This document shows positions 33,001-44,624 of a stretch of 64,000 bases of DNA, in pieces. The DNA lies in contig NC_090399.1 in the NCBI RefSeq assembly GCF_036365525.1, forward strand, positions 42,874,430 to 42,938,429, given 5' to 3'. A program made the position numbers and the translations under genes. This DNA is from Heterodontus francisci. Lineage: Eukaryota. Position 1 is the stretch's first letter. Every line of letters starts with the position of its first letter. The notes under the pieces were generated by a model, which was given only the letters and a program-made list of their open reading frames with translations, had not been told where the DNA came from and ran no database searches.

Positions 33001-36000
33001 AGAAAAACATCAGGACATGAACCCCAAAACACCAACCCCACAAAGAGAGACACATCAGGACATGAACCCCAAAACACCAACCCCACCAGAGAGACATCAG
33101 GATATGAACCTCAAAACACCAACACCACTCGGAGACACATCAGGACATGAACCCCAAAACCCAAGCCCACAGAAAGACATCTGGACATGATGCCCAAAAC
33201 ACCAACCCCACGCAGAGTCATCAGGACATGAACCCCAAAACACCAACCCCACGGAGAGACATCAGTTCATGAACCCCAAAACACCAACCCCACGGAAAGA
33301 CATCAGGACATGAACCCCAAAACACCAACACAAGAGAGACATCAGGACATGAACCCCAAAACACCAACCCCACACAGAGAGACATCAGGACATGAACCCC
33401 AAAACACCAAACCCACACAGAGAGAGACATCAGGACATGAACCCCAAAACACCAACACCACACAGAGAGACATCAGGACATGAACCCCAAAACACCAACC
33501 CCACACAGAGAGAGACATCAGGACATGAACCCCAAAACACCAACCCCACAGAAAGACATCAGGACGTGAACCCCAAAACACCAACATCTCACAGAGAAAC
33601 ATCAGGACGTGAACCCCAAAACACCAACCCCACACAGAGAAACATCAGGACATGAACCCCAAAACACCAACCCCACACAGAGAGACATCAGGACATGAAC
33701 CCCAAAACACCAACCCCACACAGAGAGACATCAGGACATGAACCCCAAAACACCAACCCCACACAGAGAAACATCAGGACATGAACCCCAAAACACCAAC
33801 CCCACACAGAGAAACATCAGGACATGAACCCCAAAACACCAACCCCACACAGAGAGACATCAGGACATGAACCCCAAAACACTAACCCCACACAGAGAGA
33901 CACATCAGGACGTGAACCCCAAAACACCAACATCACACATCGAGACACATCAGGACATGAACCCCAAAACACCAACCCCACACAGAGAAACATCAGGACA
34001 TGAACCCCAAAACACCAACCCCACACAGAGAAACATCAGGACATGAACCCCAAAACACCAACCCCACACAGAGAAACATCAGGACATGACTCCCAAAACA
34101 CCAACCCCACACAGAGAAACATCAGGACATGAACCCCAAAACACCAACCCCACACAGAGAAACATCAGGACATGAACCCAAAAACACCAACCCCACACAG
34201 AGAAACATCAGGACATGAACCCCAAAACACCAACCCCACACAGAGAAACATCAGGACATGAACCCCAAAACACCAACCCCACACAGAGAGACATCAGGAC
34301 ATGAACCCCAAAACACCAACCCCACACATCGAGACACATCAGGACATGAATCCCAAAACGCCAACCCCACATATCGAGACACATCAGGACATGAACCCCA
34401 AAACACTAACCCCACACAGAGAGACACATCAGGACATGAACCCCAAAACACCAACCCCACACAGAGAGACATCAGGATATGAACCCCAAAACACCAACCC
34501 CACGCAGAGACACATCAGGGCATGAACCCCAAAACACCAACACGAGAGAGACATCAGGACATGAACCCCAAAACACCAACCCCACCAGAGAGACATCAGG
34601 ATATGAACCCCAAAACACCAACCCCACAAAGAGAGACACATCAGGACATGAACCCCAAAACACCAACCCCACCAGAGAGACATCAGGATATGAACCCCAA
34701 AACACCAACCCCACGCAGAGAGACATCAGGATATGAACCCCAAAACACCAACACCACTCGGAGACACATCAGGACATGAACCCCAAAACCCAACCCCACA
34801 GAAAGACATCTGGACATGAACCCCAAAACACCAACCCCACGCAGAGTCATCAGGACATGAACCCCAAAACACCAACCCCACACAGAGACACATCAGTTCA
34901 TGAACCCCAAAACACCAACCCCACCAGAGAGACATCAGGATATGAACCCCAAAACACCAACCCCACGCAGAGACACATCAGGACATGAACCCCAAAACAC
35001 CAACACGAGAGAGACATCAGGACATGAACCCCAAAACACCAACCCCACCAGAGAGACATCAGGATATGTACCCCAAAACACCAACCCCACGCAGAGACAC
35101 ATCAGGACATGAACCCCAAAACACCAACCCCACCAGAGAGACATCAGGATATGAACCCCAAAACACCAACACCACTCGGAGACACATCAGGACATGAACC
35201 CCAAAACCCAACCCCACAGAAAGACATCTGGACATGAACCCCAAAACACCAACCCCACACAGAGAGACACATCAGGACATGAACCCCAAAACACCAACCC
35301 CACACAGAGAGACATCAGGATATGAACCCCAAAACACCAACCCCACGCAGAGACACATCAGGACATGAACCCCAAAACACCAACACGAGAGAGACATCAG
35401 GACATGAACCCCAAAACACCAACCCCACCAGAGAGACATCAGGATATGAACCCCAAAACACCAACACCACTCGGAGACACATCAGGACATGAACCCCAAA
35501 ACCCAACCCCACAGAAAGACATCTGGACATGAACCCCAAAACACCAACCCCACACAGAGAGACACATCAGGACATGAACCCCAAAACACCAACCCCACAG
35601 AAAGACATCAGGACGTGAACCCCAAAACACCAACACCTCACAGAGAGACATCAGGACATGAACCCCAAAACACAAACCCCACACAGAGAGAGACATCAGG
35701 ACATGAACCCCAAAACACAAACCCCACACAGAGAGAGACATCAGGACATGAACGCCAAAACACCAACACCTCACAGAGAGACATCAGGACATGAACCCCA
35801 AAACACAAACCCCACACAGAGAGAGACATCAGGACATGAAACCCAAAACACAAACCCCACACAGAGAGAGACATCAGGACATGAACCCCAAAACACCAAC
35901 ACCTCACAGAGAGACATCAGGACATGAACCCCAAAACACCAAACCCACACATAGAGAAAGACATCAAGACATGAAACCCAAAACACCAACCCCACACACA

Positions 36001-36095
36001 CACACAGATATCAGGACATGAACCCCAAAATACCAACCCCAGAGAGAGACAGCAGTACATGAACCCCCAAAAAAAGAACCAAACAGAGAGAAAGA
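1..36095. repeat. Large tandem satellite, 39-45 bp unit (consensus CATCAGGACATGAACCCCAAAACACCAAC + CCCACACAGAGAGA), about 850 copies, open at the left window edge
   Basis: The constant 29-nt core recurs without interruption, followed by a 10-16 nt tail drawn from a limited set (ACAAGAGAGA, CCCACACAGAGAGA, CCCACTTAGAGCGAGA, CCCACATATCGAGACA, CCCACAGAAAAA, CCCACCAGAGAGA). The last units degenerate at about 35,940-36,095. Copy number is estimated as length divided by mean unit size. Confidence 0.99.
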
Positions 36096-36279
36096 GGCAC
36101 TGATATCCCACAACCTCCCTTCCCAACCCCTGACAATGCTCTAAAAGCCTGTGATCTCCCAGATCTCACACTGAATTCCAATCAGGGACTCTGTGAACTC
36201 ATGTCTCACCCGTTCTTCCTCCAGTCCCCCCACAATCTAACCCGATTTGTTACCTGGAACTTGCTGCACTCACCTTTCA

Positions 36280-36318
36280 TTACATTAAAGGCGCTATATA
36301 AATATAAATTGTTGTTGT
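36280..36318 (+). mobile_element. Isolated SINE/L2-type 3' tail remnant
   Basis: TACATTAAAGGCGCTATATAAATATAAATTGTTGTTGT resembles the AAGGCGCTATATAAATGCAAGTTGTTGTTG tail of elasmobranch Deu/Sac-type SINEs (recalled). Confidence 0.45.
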
Positions 36319-36454
36319 AATCTGTGCGCCCTGCTCCTGTAGCACCATCTACTGTACGGTGAGGTCTCTGGAGCTCCTCAGAGCTCAACATTTGAGTGTG
36401 GACTGTTAACACTGTGTGAGGTGGGGGAGCTCCTGAATTTAACCCAGAGCATTT

Positions 36455-37350
36455 TATATCGAAGTTTGCTGTCGACACGAAGTTGGGTAACTCAGTAAAT
36501 TGTGTAGACAGGAGACAGGAAGTTACAAAGAGACACTGACAGATTAAATGAGCGGGCAAAACTAGGGCAGATGGAGTTCACTGTGGGAAATATGAGATCA
36601 TCCACTTTGGGTCTAAGAAAGATAAATGGGTATATTTTCCATCCGGTGGGAAACTTGAACCTGGGGAGAGCAAATGGAGAAATCATTACAGACCAGTGGA
36701 CAGGGACAATAAGGATTTGGAAGGCTGGCCTTTATCTCGGGGGGACTGCAATACAAAGGGGTGGAAGTTATGTTCCAGTTTATATAAAGCTCTGGTCAGA
36801 CTCCATTTGGAGTAACTGTGTTCAGTTCTGGGCCCCGGACCTCAGGAAGGATAGAATGGCCTTGGGGAGAGAGCAACACAGATTCACCAGAATGATCCTG
36901 GGGTTTAGAGGGTTAAATTATGAGGACATGTTGTTTAGACTCAGCTTGTATTCTCTCCATTATGGAAGATTGAAGGTGATGTGATCGAGGTGTTTAAAAT
37001 GTTACAAGGATTTGATAGAATCAATATGAAGAAACGATTTCCCCGAGTGGGAGAATCAAGAACGAGGAGACATAATCTTAAAATTAGAGCCAGACTGTTC
37101 TGGAGTGAAATCAGGAAGCACTTCTTCACACAAAGAGCAGTGGAAACCTGGAACTCTCTCCCCCAAAAGTCTGTGGATACAGGGGATCAATTGCAGCTTT
37201 CAGAGCTGAGATAGACTTTTGTTGGGTCAGTGTCTCGACGGAGATTGAGCAAACGTAGGAAAATGGAGTTGAGACATAGATCAACCATGATCTAATTGAA
37301 TAGTGGAACAGGCTCAAGGGGCTGAATACCCTACCCCTGTTCTTATGTTC
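36455..37350 (+). mobile_element. CR1 LINE 3' fragment (RT C-terminus + 3'UTR), degenerate
   Basis: Starts at an ISKFA(V)DTKLG-like motif; ORF pieces CVQFWAPDLRKDRMAL...FTRMI and IEVFKMLQGFDR...RKHFFTQRAVETWNSLP; ends in a TTCTTATGTTC tail. Confidence 0.92.
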
Positions 37351-37498
37351 CTCTCTCTCCATCCCCATATCCCTGTCCCTCAGTCCACTGCCCACACCCT
37401 GCTCCCACCATGGTCTCTCCTTCTCCAGCCCCAGTACCGAGCCTGCTACCATCTCCCTCAGACTCCATTATCCACTGAGCAAGGGGAAATGCTCCAGT

Positions 37499-38870
37499 AA
37501 AAAGAGAAAATGCTGGAAATACTCAGGTCAGGTAATATCTGTGGAGAAAGAAAGAGAGTTAACGTTTCCGGTTGATGACATTTGATCAGAACTGGGAAAA
37601 GTTATAAATGTCATTAAGGTTTTAAGCAAGTGAACAGGGGGAGGGTGGGAAAAGAATAACAGGGAAGATGGAAGGCAGGGGAGATTAAATCACGAAAGGG
37701 TTGATGGTGGAAGGCCAAAGGGAGTGGTAATAGGACAAGTAAAGAAACAAAAGAGGAGTCTAGAGGTGTAAATGACGGAATCATGAACAGCTGCTTCCGA
37801 AACCAAAAACAATCGAAAAACGAGTTAAAATCAAAAGCTGCAAAAAAAAGGGAAACAAAAAAGGGGCCAGAGATGACAATCTGAAATTGTTGAACTCAAT
37901 GTTGAGTTCGAAAGACTGTAAAGTGCCTCATTGAAACATGAGGTTCAGTTCCTCGAGCTTAAATTGAGCTTCATTGGAACAGGAGGCCGAGGACAGAGAG
38001 GTCAGAGTGGGAGCAAAGCGTAAAGTTACAATGGAAGGCCACCGGAAGCTGGGAAATTGCAGATTGAACAGAGGTGTTGCGCAAAGCAATCACCCAATCT
38101 GTATTTTATCTCCCAAATGTAGAGCAGACTGCATCATGAGCAGTGAATACAGGAGACTAAATTGAAAGTACATGTAAATTGCTGTTTTACCTGGAAGGAA
38201 TGTTTGTGGCCTTGGACAGTGAGAAGAGAGCAGGTAAAAGGGCAGGTGTTGCATCTCATGCGCTTGCAATGGAAAGGGGCTGTGGAAAGGGGAGAGGCTG
38301 TTGGGGGTGATTGAGAAGTGGACCAGGGTGTCGTAGAGGGAAATGTCCCTTTGGAATGTTGAAATGGGAGGGGGAAGATGTGTTTGGTGGTCGTATCACG
38401 CTGGAGGTGGTTCAAATGGCCAAGGATGAATACGGAGGCTGGTGGGGTGGAAGGTGGGGACAAGAGGAACCTCATCATGGTTCTGGGAGGGAGGGGAAGG
38501 GGTGAAGGCAGATGTGCGGGAAATGGGACGGACATGATCAAGAGCCCCCTTGAACTATGGTGGGGGGACTCCTTCGTTGAGGAGAAAGGAAGACATATCG
38601 GAAGCACTGGTATGAAAGGGTGCATCGTCAGAACAGATATGATGGAGATGGAGAAACTGGGAGAATAGACTGGAGTCCTTACAGGAAGCAGAGTGTGAGG
38701 AAGAGTAGTCGAGTTAGCTGAAAGAATCAGTAGGTTTATCGTGAATATAAGCTGATTGTCTCCATTCCTGGATGTCGGCTGAGAGGTCAAGGAAGAGAAG
38801 GGAAGAGTTGGAGATGCAACATGTGAAGGTGAGTGAAAGGTGGAAATTGGAAACTGATGCAATTTTCCAG
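37499..38870 (-). mobile_element. Penelope-like element 3' part (RT C-terminus, GIY-YIG remnant, pseudo-LTR)
   Basis: Minus ORF 38134-38862 ends CKRMRCNTCPFT...VKQQFTCTFNLVSCIHCS, typical of the PLE linker and GIY-YIG start. The terminal repeat at 37,499-37,600 carries a degenerate hammerhead core. Confidence 0.85.
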
Positions 38871-38914
38871 ATCAGTGTGATATCAGAAAATGGCACCAAT
38901 ACACTTTGTTTCCA

Positions 38915-39766
38915 ATTTCCACTGAGGAAAGGTCACAGACCTGAAATGTTAACTCAGTTTCTCTCTCTCCACAGATGCTGCCCGACCAGCTGTGTATTTC
39001 CAGAACTGTTTTAATTTCAGGTTTCCAGCATCTGCATTATCTTTTATTTTATTTCAGTGATTTACTTGTACCTCTTTCAATCAAGTATATTATATTCACT
39101 GCTCACAATGCGATCTCCTCTGCATTGTGGAGAAAGCAGATTGGGTGACCGCTTTGTGAAACACCTCCATTCAGTCCACAAGAGTGACCCAAGCTTCTCG
39201 TTCCCTGTTATTTTAATTCTCCACCTTGCTCTCACTCTGACATCTCTGTCCTCAGCCTCATACACTGTTTCAATGAAGCTCGAGGAACAGAACCTCATCT
39301 TTCAATGAGGCAGTTTACAGCTTCCAGAATCATTGAGTTCAACTATTTCAGAATGTAATCCCTTCCTCCATTTTGTTTCCTACTTCTTTGCGGATTTCAG
39401 TTTTACTTTTGTTTTTATCCTTTTTCTTTGCTTTAGAAGGGCAGGTTTTCATGATTCTGCCAATCACACCTCCTCTTTACTTGTGCCATTACCACTCCCT
39501 TTGGCCTTGCAGCAACAACTCTTTTTTTTTCCATTTAACCCCTTCTCCCGTTCACCCGATACAGACCTTCCCTTTTGTTCTTTTTCCAACCTTCCCCCTT
39601 TCACCTCTTTAAACCTGATTGCATTTCTAACTTTTCCCGGTTCTGACAAAAGGTCATCGACCTGAAACGTTAACACTTTCTCCACAGATGGTGCCAGAAC
39701 TGCTGAGTATTTCCAGAATTTTCTATTTTTATTCAGATTTCCAGCAACCACAGTATTTTGCTTTTG
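38915..39766 (+). mobile_element. Penelope-like element: pseudo-LTR, GIY-YIG remnant, pseudo-LTR (opposite orientation to the adjacent copy)
   Basis: GESRLGDRFVKHLHSVHK remnant flanked by two similar repeats (38,922-39,050 and 39,643-39,766), each starting CTGA..AAAGGTCA..GACCTGAAA(C/T)GTTAAC. Confidence 0.85.
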
Positions 39767-39773
39767 TGCTGAG

Positions 39774-40759
39774 GCCCCAGTACCCAGTCTAGCACAGCCC
39801 CGATCACACCCCATTACTCACTGATCGAGGGTTAATGCCCCAGTACCCAGTCTGGCACTGTCCCTCTCACACCCCATTACTCACTGATCGAGAGTTAATG
39901 CCCCAGTACCCAGCCTGGCACTGTCCCTCTCACACCCATTACTCACTGACCGAGGGTTAATTTCCCAGTACCCAGCCTGGCACTGTCCCTCTCACACCCA
40001 TTACTCACTGACCGAGGGTTAATGCCCCAGTACCCAGTCTGGCACTGTCCCTCCCACAACCCATTACTCACTGACCGAGGGTTAATGGCCCAGTACCCAG
40101 TCTGGCACTGTCCCTTTCACACCCCATTACTCACTGACCGAAGGTAAATGCCCCAGTACCCAGTCTAGCACTGTCCCTCTCACACCCCATTGCTCACTGA
40201 CCGAGGGTTAATGCCCCAGTACCCAGTCTGGCACTGTCCCTCTCACACCCCATTACTCACTGACCGAGGATTAATGCCCCAGTACCCAGCCTGGCACTGT
40301 CCCTCTCACAACTCATTACTCACTGATCGAGGGTTAATGCCCCAGTACCCAGTCTGGCACTGTCCCTCTCACACCCCATTACTCACTGACCGAGGATTAA
40401 TGCCCCAGTACCCAGCCTGGCACTGTCCCTCTCACAACTCATTACTCCCTGATCGAGGGTTAATGCCCCAGTACCCAGTCTGGCACTGTCCCTCTCACAC
40501 CCCATTACTCACTGACCGAGGATTAATGCCCCAGTACCCAGCCTGGCACTGTCCCTCTCACAACTCATTACTCCCTGATCGAGGGTTAATGCCCCAGTAC
40601 CCAGTCTGGAACTGTCCCTCTCACACCCCATTACTCACTGACCGAGGATTAATGCCCCAGTACCCAGCCTGGCACTGTCCCTCTCACAACTCATTACTCC
40701 CTGATCGAGGGTTAATGGCCCAGTACCCAGTCTAGCACTGTCCCTCTCACACCCCATTA
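39774..40759. repeat. 63-bp minisatellite, distal block (about 15.5 copies)
   Basis: Unit TTACTCACTGACCGAGGGTTAATGCCCCAGTACCCAGTCTGGCACTGTCCCTCTCACACCCCA, giving the 21-aa periodicity in the ORF track. A diverged copy lies at about 37,428-37,499 beyond the Penelope insertions. Confidence 0.97.
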
Positions 40760-43700
40760 AGAACATAAGAAATAGGAGCAGGAGTAGGCCATTCAGCCCC
40801 TCAAGCCTACCCTGCCAATCATTAAGATCATGGCTGATCGGCCCCAGACCTCAACTCCTCTTTCGTGCCAGCTCCTCTTAGCCCTCAACTCCCCAATATT
40901 TCAAAAATCTATCTACCTCCTCTTTAAATACTTTCAGTGATCTAGCCTCCACAACTTTCTGGGCGAGAGAATTCCAGACATTCACTACCCTGAGAGAAGA
41001 AATTCCTTCGCATCTCAGTTTTAAATGAGTGTCCCCTTATTCTGTAACTATGTCCCCTAGTTTGAGATTCCCCCACTGGTGGAAACATCTTCTCAACATC
41101 TACCCTGTCAAGCCCCCTCAGTATCTCGTACCTTTCAATAAGATCACCCCTCATTCTTCGAAACTCTAATGAAAAAAGGCCTAACCTGTTTAGCCGTTCT
41201 TGATAAGTCAATCCCTTCATCCCAGGAATCAGCCTCGTGAATCTCTTTTGAACTGCCTCCAATGCCAGTATATCCTTTCTGAAATATGGGGACCAAAACT
41301 GTACGCAGTACTCCAGGTGCGACCTCACCAACACCCTGTACAGTTGTAACAAGATTTCCCTATTTTTAAACTCTAACCCCCGAGCAATAAAGGCCAAAAT
41401 TCCATTTGCCTTCTTAATTACTTGCTGCACCTGCATGCTAACTTTGTGTTTCATGCACAAGAACACTCAGATCCCTCTGTGCTGAACTTTATTGAAGTCT
41501 TTCTCCATTTAAATAATAGTCTGCCTTTTGATCTCACACTTCCCCACATTAAACTCCATCTGTCAAGTTTTTGCCCATTCACTCAACCTATCTATATCCC
41601 CCTTCAGATTCCTTATGTCCTCATCACAATGTGCCCTCCCACCTATTTTTGTATCAGCAGCAAATTTGGATACATTACACTCTGCTCCCTCCTCCATGTC
41701 ATTAATATAAATAAATAATTGAGTCCCCAAGCCTGATCCTTGTGGCACTCCACTAGTTATGTATTTCTAACCTGAAAAAGACCCATTAATCCCGAATCTG
41801 TCGTCTGTGAGTTAACCAATCCTCAATCTATGCTGATACATTACCCACAATACCGTGAGCTCCTATCTTGTGCAATAATCTTTTATGTGGCACCTTATCA
41901 AATGCCTTCTGGAAATCTAAATACACTCCATCTACTGGTTCCTGTTTATCAACTCTGCTTGTTATAACCTCAAAAGAATTCTCGCAAATTTGTCAAACAT
42001 GATTTCCCTTTCATAAAACCATGTTGACTCTGTTTGATTGCATTAAGCTTTTCTAAACATCCTGTTATTTCTTCCTTAATAATGGACTCCAGCATTTTCC
42101 CAATGACCGATGTTAAGCTGACTGGCCTATAGTTTCCTGCTTTTTGTCTCCCTCCCTTCCTGAACAGGGGCATCACATTAGTGGTTTTCCAATCTGCTGG
42201 GACAATCCCGGAATCCAGTGAGTTCCGGAATATTTCGACCAATGCCTCCATTATCTCTGCAGCCACTTCCTTTAAAACCCTTGGATGTCGGCCATCAGGT
42301 CCTAGTGACTTGTTTGCCTTTACTCCCATTAGTTTGTCAAATACTTTGTCACTCGTGATAGAGACTGTTACAAGATCTTTCCTCCCATTAGCTCCTTGCT
42401 TATCTGATATCTGTGGGATGTTTATAGTGTCCTCCGCCGTGAAGACCGATGCAATATATTGGTTTAAATTATCTGCCATTTCCCTGTTCCCCGTTGTCAA
42501 TTCTCCAGTCGCATCCTCCAAGGGTCCCACGCTCACTTTAGCTACTCTCTTTTTTATATACCCATAGAAGCTCTTGCTGTTTGTTTTTATATTTCTTGCC
42601 AATTTACTTTCATAATCAGTTGTCTCCTTCTTTATTAGCTTTTTAGTCATCCGCTGCTAGTTCCCAAAAAATTCCCAATCCTCTGGCCTACCATTAGTTT
42701 TTGCCGCTTTGTATGCCTTAGTTTTTGATTGGATACTCTCCTTGACCGCCTTTGTTAACCACGGGTAGTTCATCCTTCTCATCGAGTCCTGCTTTTTGAC
42801 CGGGATAGATTTTTGCTGAGCGTTATGAAATATCTGCTGAAATGTCTGCCACTGCTCATCCACTGACCTTCCCCTTGGACTATTTTCCCAGCCTGCTTGA
42901 GACAACTCTTTCTTCATACCTCCGTAATTGCCCTTGTTTAAGTTGAAGACACTGGTTTGTGACCCGAGTTGCTCGCCCTCAAACTGAATTTGAAATTCTA
43001 CCATGTTGTGATTGCTACCCCCTCGAGGATCCTTAACTACCATATCTCTTATTAATCCTACCTCATTACACATTACTAGATCGAAAATAGCCTGTTCCCT
43101 GGTAGGTTCTGCAATGGATTGTTCTAAGTAACAATCCCTGATGCACTCTACAAATTCGTCTTCCATGTTACCTCTGCCAATCAATATGCAGATTAAAATC
43201 ACCCATGACAATTGTCGTGCCCTTCTTACATGCCTCCATTATTTCCTGATTTATATTTTGTCTGACAATGAGGCAACTCTTCGGGGGGCCTATAGACGAC
43301 AGCCACCCGTGACCTCTTCCCCTTGCTATTCCTGATTTCAACCCAAACTGATTCCACATCACGATCTATTGCACCTATATCACTACTCACCACTGCACTG
43401 ATACCTTACTTTATTAACAAAGCTACCCCACCTCCTTTTCCTTTTTGCCTATTTTTCTGGAATACCCTTGAATATTGAGTTCCCAGTCTTTGTCACCCTG
43501 CAACCACGTCTCTGTAATAGCTATCAAATCATATTCATTTATTTCGATATGTGCCATCAACTCATCTATCTTGTTACAAATGCTGCGTGCATTCAGATAA
43601 AGAGCTTTAAGCTTTGACTTTTTACCATTATTACTCATTCTGGTTCTAATTTCTGCTAAACTCTTCTGCTTATATTTTCTGCCCCTTCCTGTCACACTTA

Positions 43701-43801
43701 GATTACCGTTCGCCTCTTCACTACCCTGGAACTCTGCTCTCTCGTTTCTTTTAGATTTTTTAAACTTCCCTTCAATTGAACCCTCCCCCCAACTAATTAG
43801 T
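40760..43801 (-). mobile_element. CR1 LINE spanning nearly all of ORF2 (APE endonuclease + RT), frameshifted, 5'-truncated
   Basis: ORF pieces LYLNARSICNK..IAITETWL, IVMGDFN, EPTREQAIFDLV..SNHNMV, GNYRPVSLTSVIGKMLE..QHGFMKGKSCLTN, PQGS..SKFAADTKIGG, LEYCVQFWSP..; 3' tail CCTATTTCTTATGTTCT. Inserted inside a 63-bp unit with TTA at both junctions (40,757-40,759 and 43,802-43,804). Confidence 0.96.
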
Positions 43802-44624
43802 TTACTCACTGACCGAGGGTTAATGCCCCAATACCCAGTCTGGCACAGCCCCTCTCACACCCCATCACTCACTGACTGAGGGTTAATGCCCCAATACCCA
43901 GTCTGGCACTGTCCCTCTCACACCCCATTACTCACTGACCGAGGGTGAATGCCCCAATACCCAGTCTGGCACTGTCCCTCTCACACCCCATCACTCACTG
44001 ACTGAGGGTTAATGCCCCAATACCCAGTCTGGCACTGTCCCTCTCACACCCCATTACTCACTGAGGGTTAATGCCCCAGTACCCAGTCTGGCACTGCCCC
44101 TCTCACACCCCATTACTCACTGACCGAGGGTTAATGCCCCAATACCCAGTCTGGCACTGTCCCTCTCACACCCCATTACTCACTGACCGAGGGTTAATGC
44201 CCCAGTACCCAGTCTGGCACTGTCCCTCTCACACCCCATTACTCACTGACTGAGGGTTAATGCCCCAGTACCCAGTCTGGCACTATCCCTGTCACACCCC
44301 AGCACTCACTTACTGAGGGTTAATGTCCCAATACCCAGTCTGGCACTGTCCCTCTCACAACCCATTACTCACTGACTGAGGGTTAATGCCCCAATACCCA
44401 GCCTGGCACTGTCCCTCTCACACCCCATTACTCACTGACCGAGGGTTAATGCCCCAGTCCCCAGTCTGGCACTGTCCCTCTCACACCCCATCACTCACTG
44501 ACCGAGGGTTAATGCCCCAATACCCAGTCTGGCACTGTCCCTCTCACACCCCATCACTCACTGACCGAGGGTTAATGCCCCAATACCCAGTTTGACACTG
44601 TCCCTCTCACACTCCATTACTCAC
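43802..44624. repeat. 63-bp minisatellite, proximal block (about 13 copies), abutting the splice donor of the leader exon
   Basis: Same unit as 39,774-40,759. The terminal copy ends ...ACTCCATTACTCAC, i.e. minus-strand GTGAGTAATGGAGT, the intron start. Confidence 0.97.

Noticed and set aside
1-36095. CRISPR-like repeat/spacer array
   Set aside because: The variable parts are only 10-16 nt, related to each other and reused hundreds of times. The core is not palindromic, there are no cas genes, and the context is vertebrate.
1-36095. Telomeric origin (CCCCAAAA and AACCCC match ciliate telomere repeats)
   Set aside because: Single embedded motifs only. No (TTAGGG)n or tandem C4A4/C4A2 runs, and the host is a vertebrate. 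A subtelomeric position cannot be judged from this window.
1-36095. Array of p53 half-sites (GGACATG) or copies of the promoter X box (shared CATCAGG)
   Set aside because: GGACATGAAC fails the YYY end of RRRCWWGYYY and has no adjacent second half-site. The X-box overlap is only 7 nt.
942-36126. Hundreds of ORFs (MNPKTPT.., MWGWCFGVHVL..) as mucin-like or Cys/Trp-rich proteins
   Set aside because: They appear in several frames on both strands and are broken by unit lengths not divisible by 3. They are a by-product of low T content and an ATG in each unit.
36095-36455. Possible exon 2 in unique sequence (minus-strand GGTGAG donor-like sites near 36,205 and 36,270)
   Set aside because: No alpha1-like or Ig-like reading frame, and the interval includes a SINE tail.
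40760-43801. Active CR1 element
   Set aside because: ORF2 is split into at least six pieces by stops and frameshifts, and ORF1 and the 5'UTR are missing.
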